A DNA stretch of 64,000 nucleotides from Octopus sinensis (Eukaryota), in the NCBI RefSeq assembly GCF_006345805.1, contig NC_043023.1, positions 1,860,001 to 1,924,000 of the forward strand. The letters are read 5' to 3'. A program made the position numbers and the translations under genes. Below the pieces are notes generated by a model. It made no database searches and was not told the origin of the DNA. It saw only the letters and a program-made list of their open reading frames with translations. Shown one piece after another: positions 63,906 through 64,000 of this stretch (its first letter is position 1; each line of letters opens with the position of its first letter).

Positions 63906-64000
63906 TATGTGTTCGTTTTGCCAAGTGCCCTTATGTAAAGGGTGCTTTGGACAATTTCATGATAGAAATAAGCCATAACTACATATTGTTGTTTGATAGT

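Larger units (their letters stand above)
62580..63975 (+). mobile_element. Internally deleted piggyBac copy with two nested insertions
   Basis: N-terminal PLDYLFLF and GIKQFPQLWNYWNP..PYIS; C-terminus homologous to 51300-51660. Confidence 0.8.

Overview
This is 64 kb of AT-rich, very repeat-dense animal DNA with a 100-N assembly gap at 14294-14393. The SINE families and microsatellite load look like an octopus/coleoid cephalopod, but that is recognition from memory and was not verified. I found no intact host gene, tRNA, rRNA or CRISPR array that I can support. Almost all ORFs in the track are translations of (TA)n, (CA)n, (GGT)n and (GAT)n microsatellites. The window is a mosaic of four SINE families, non-autonomous Helitrons and a Helentron-like element, TTAA and TA MITEs, and decayed remnants of Penelope, mariner, piggyBac, CR1, RTE and gag. 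It also holds several TE-derived tandem arrays and palindromes. The strongest candidate for a novel system is a set of hammerhead-ribozyme (HHR) elements. The best is a young element at 47180-47947 built from ~349-nt monomers, which carries two intact type I HHRs in a back-to-back (retrozyme-like) arrangement. A diverged relative lies at 40760-41290. Two further short HHR-motif families sit in (TA)n tracts, and a decayed Penelope-like RT/GIY-YIG element at 37195-39545 is a plausible mobilising partner. All alignments and translations were done by eye, so boundaries are approximate unless motifs are quoted.
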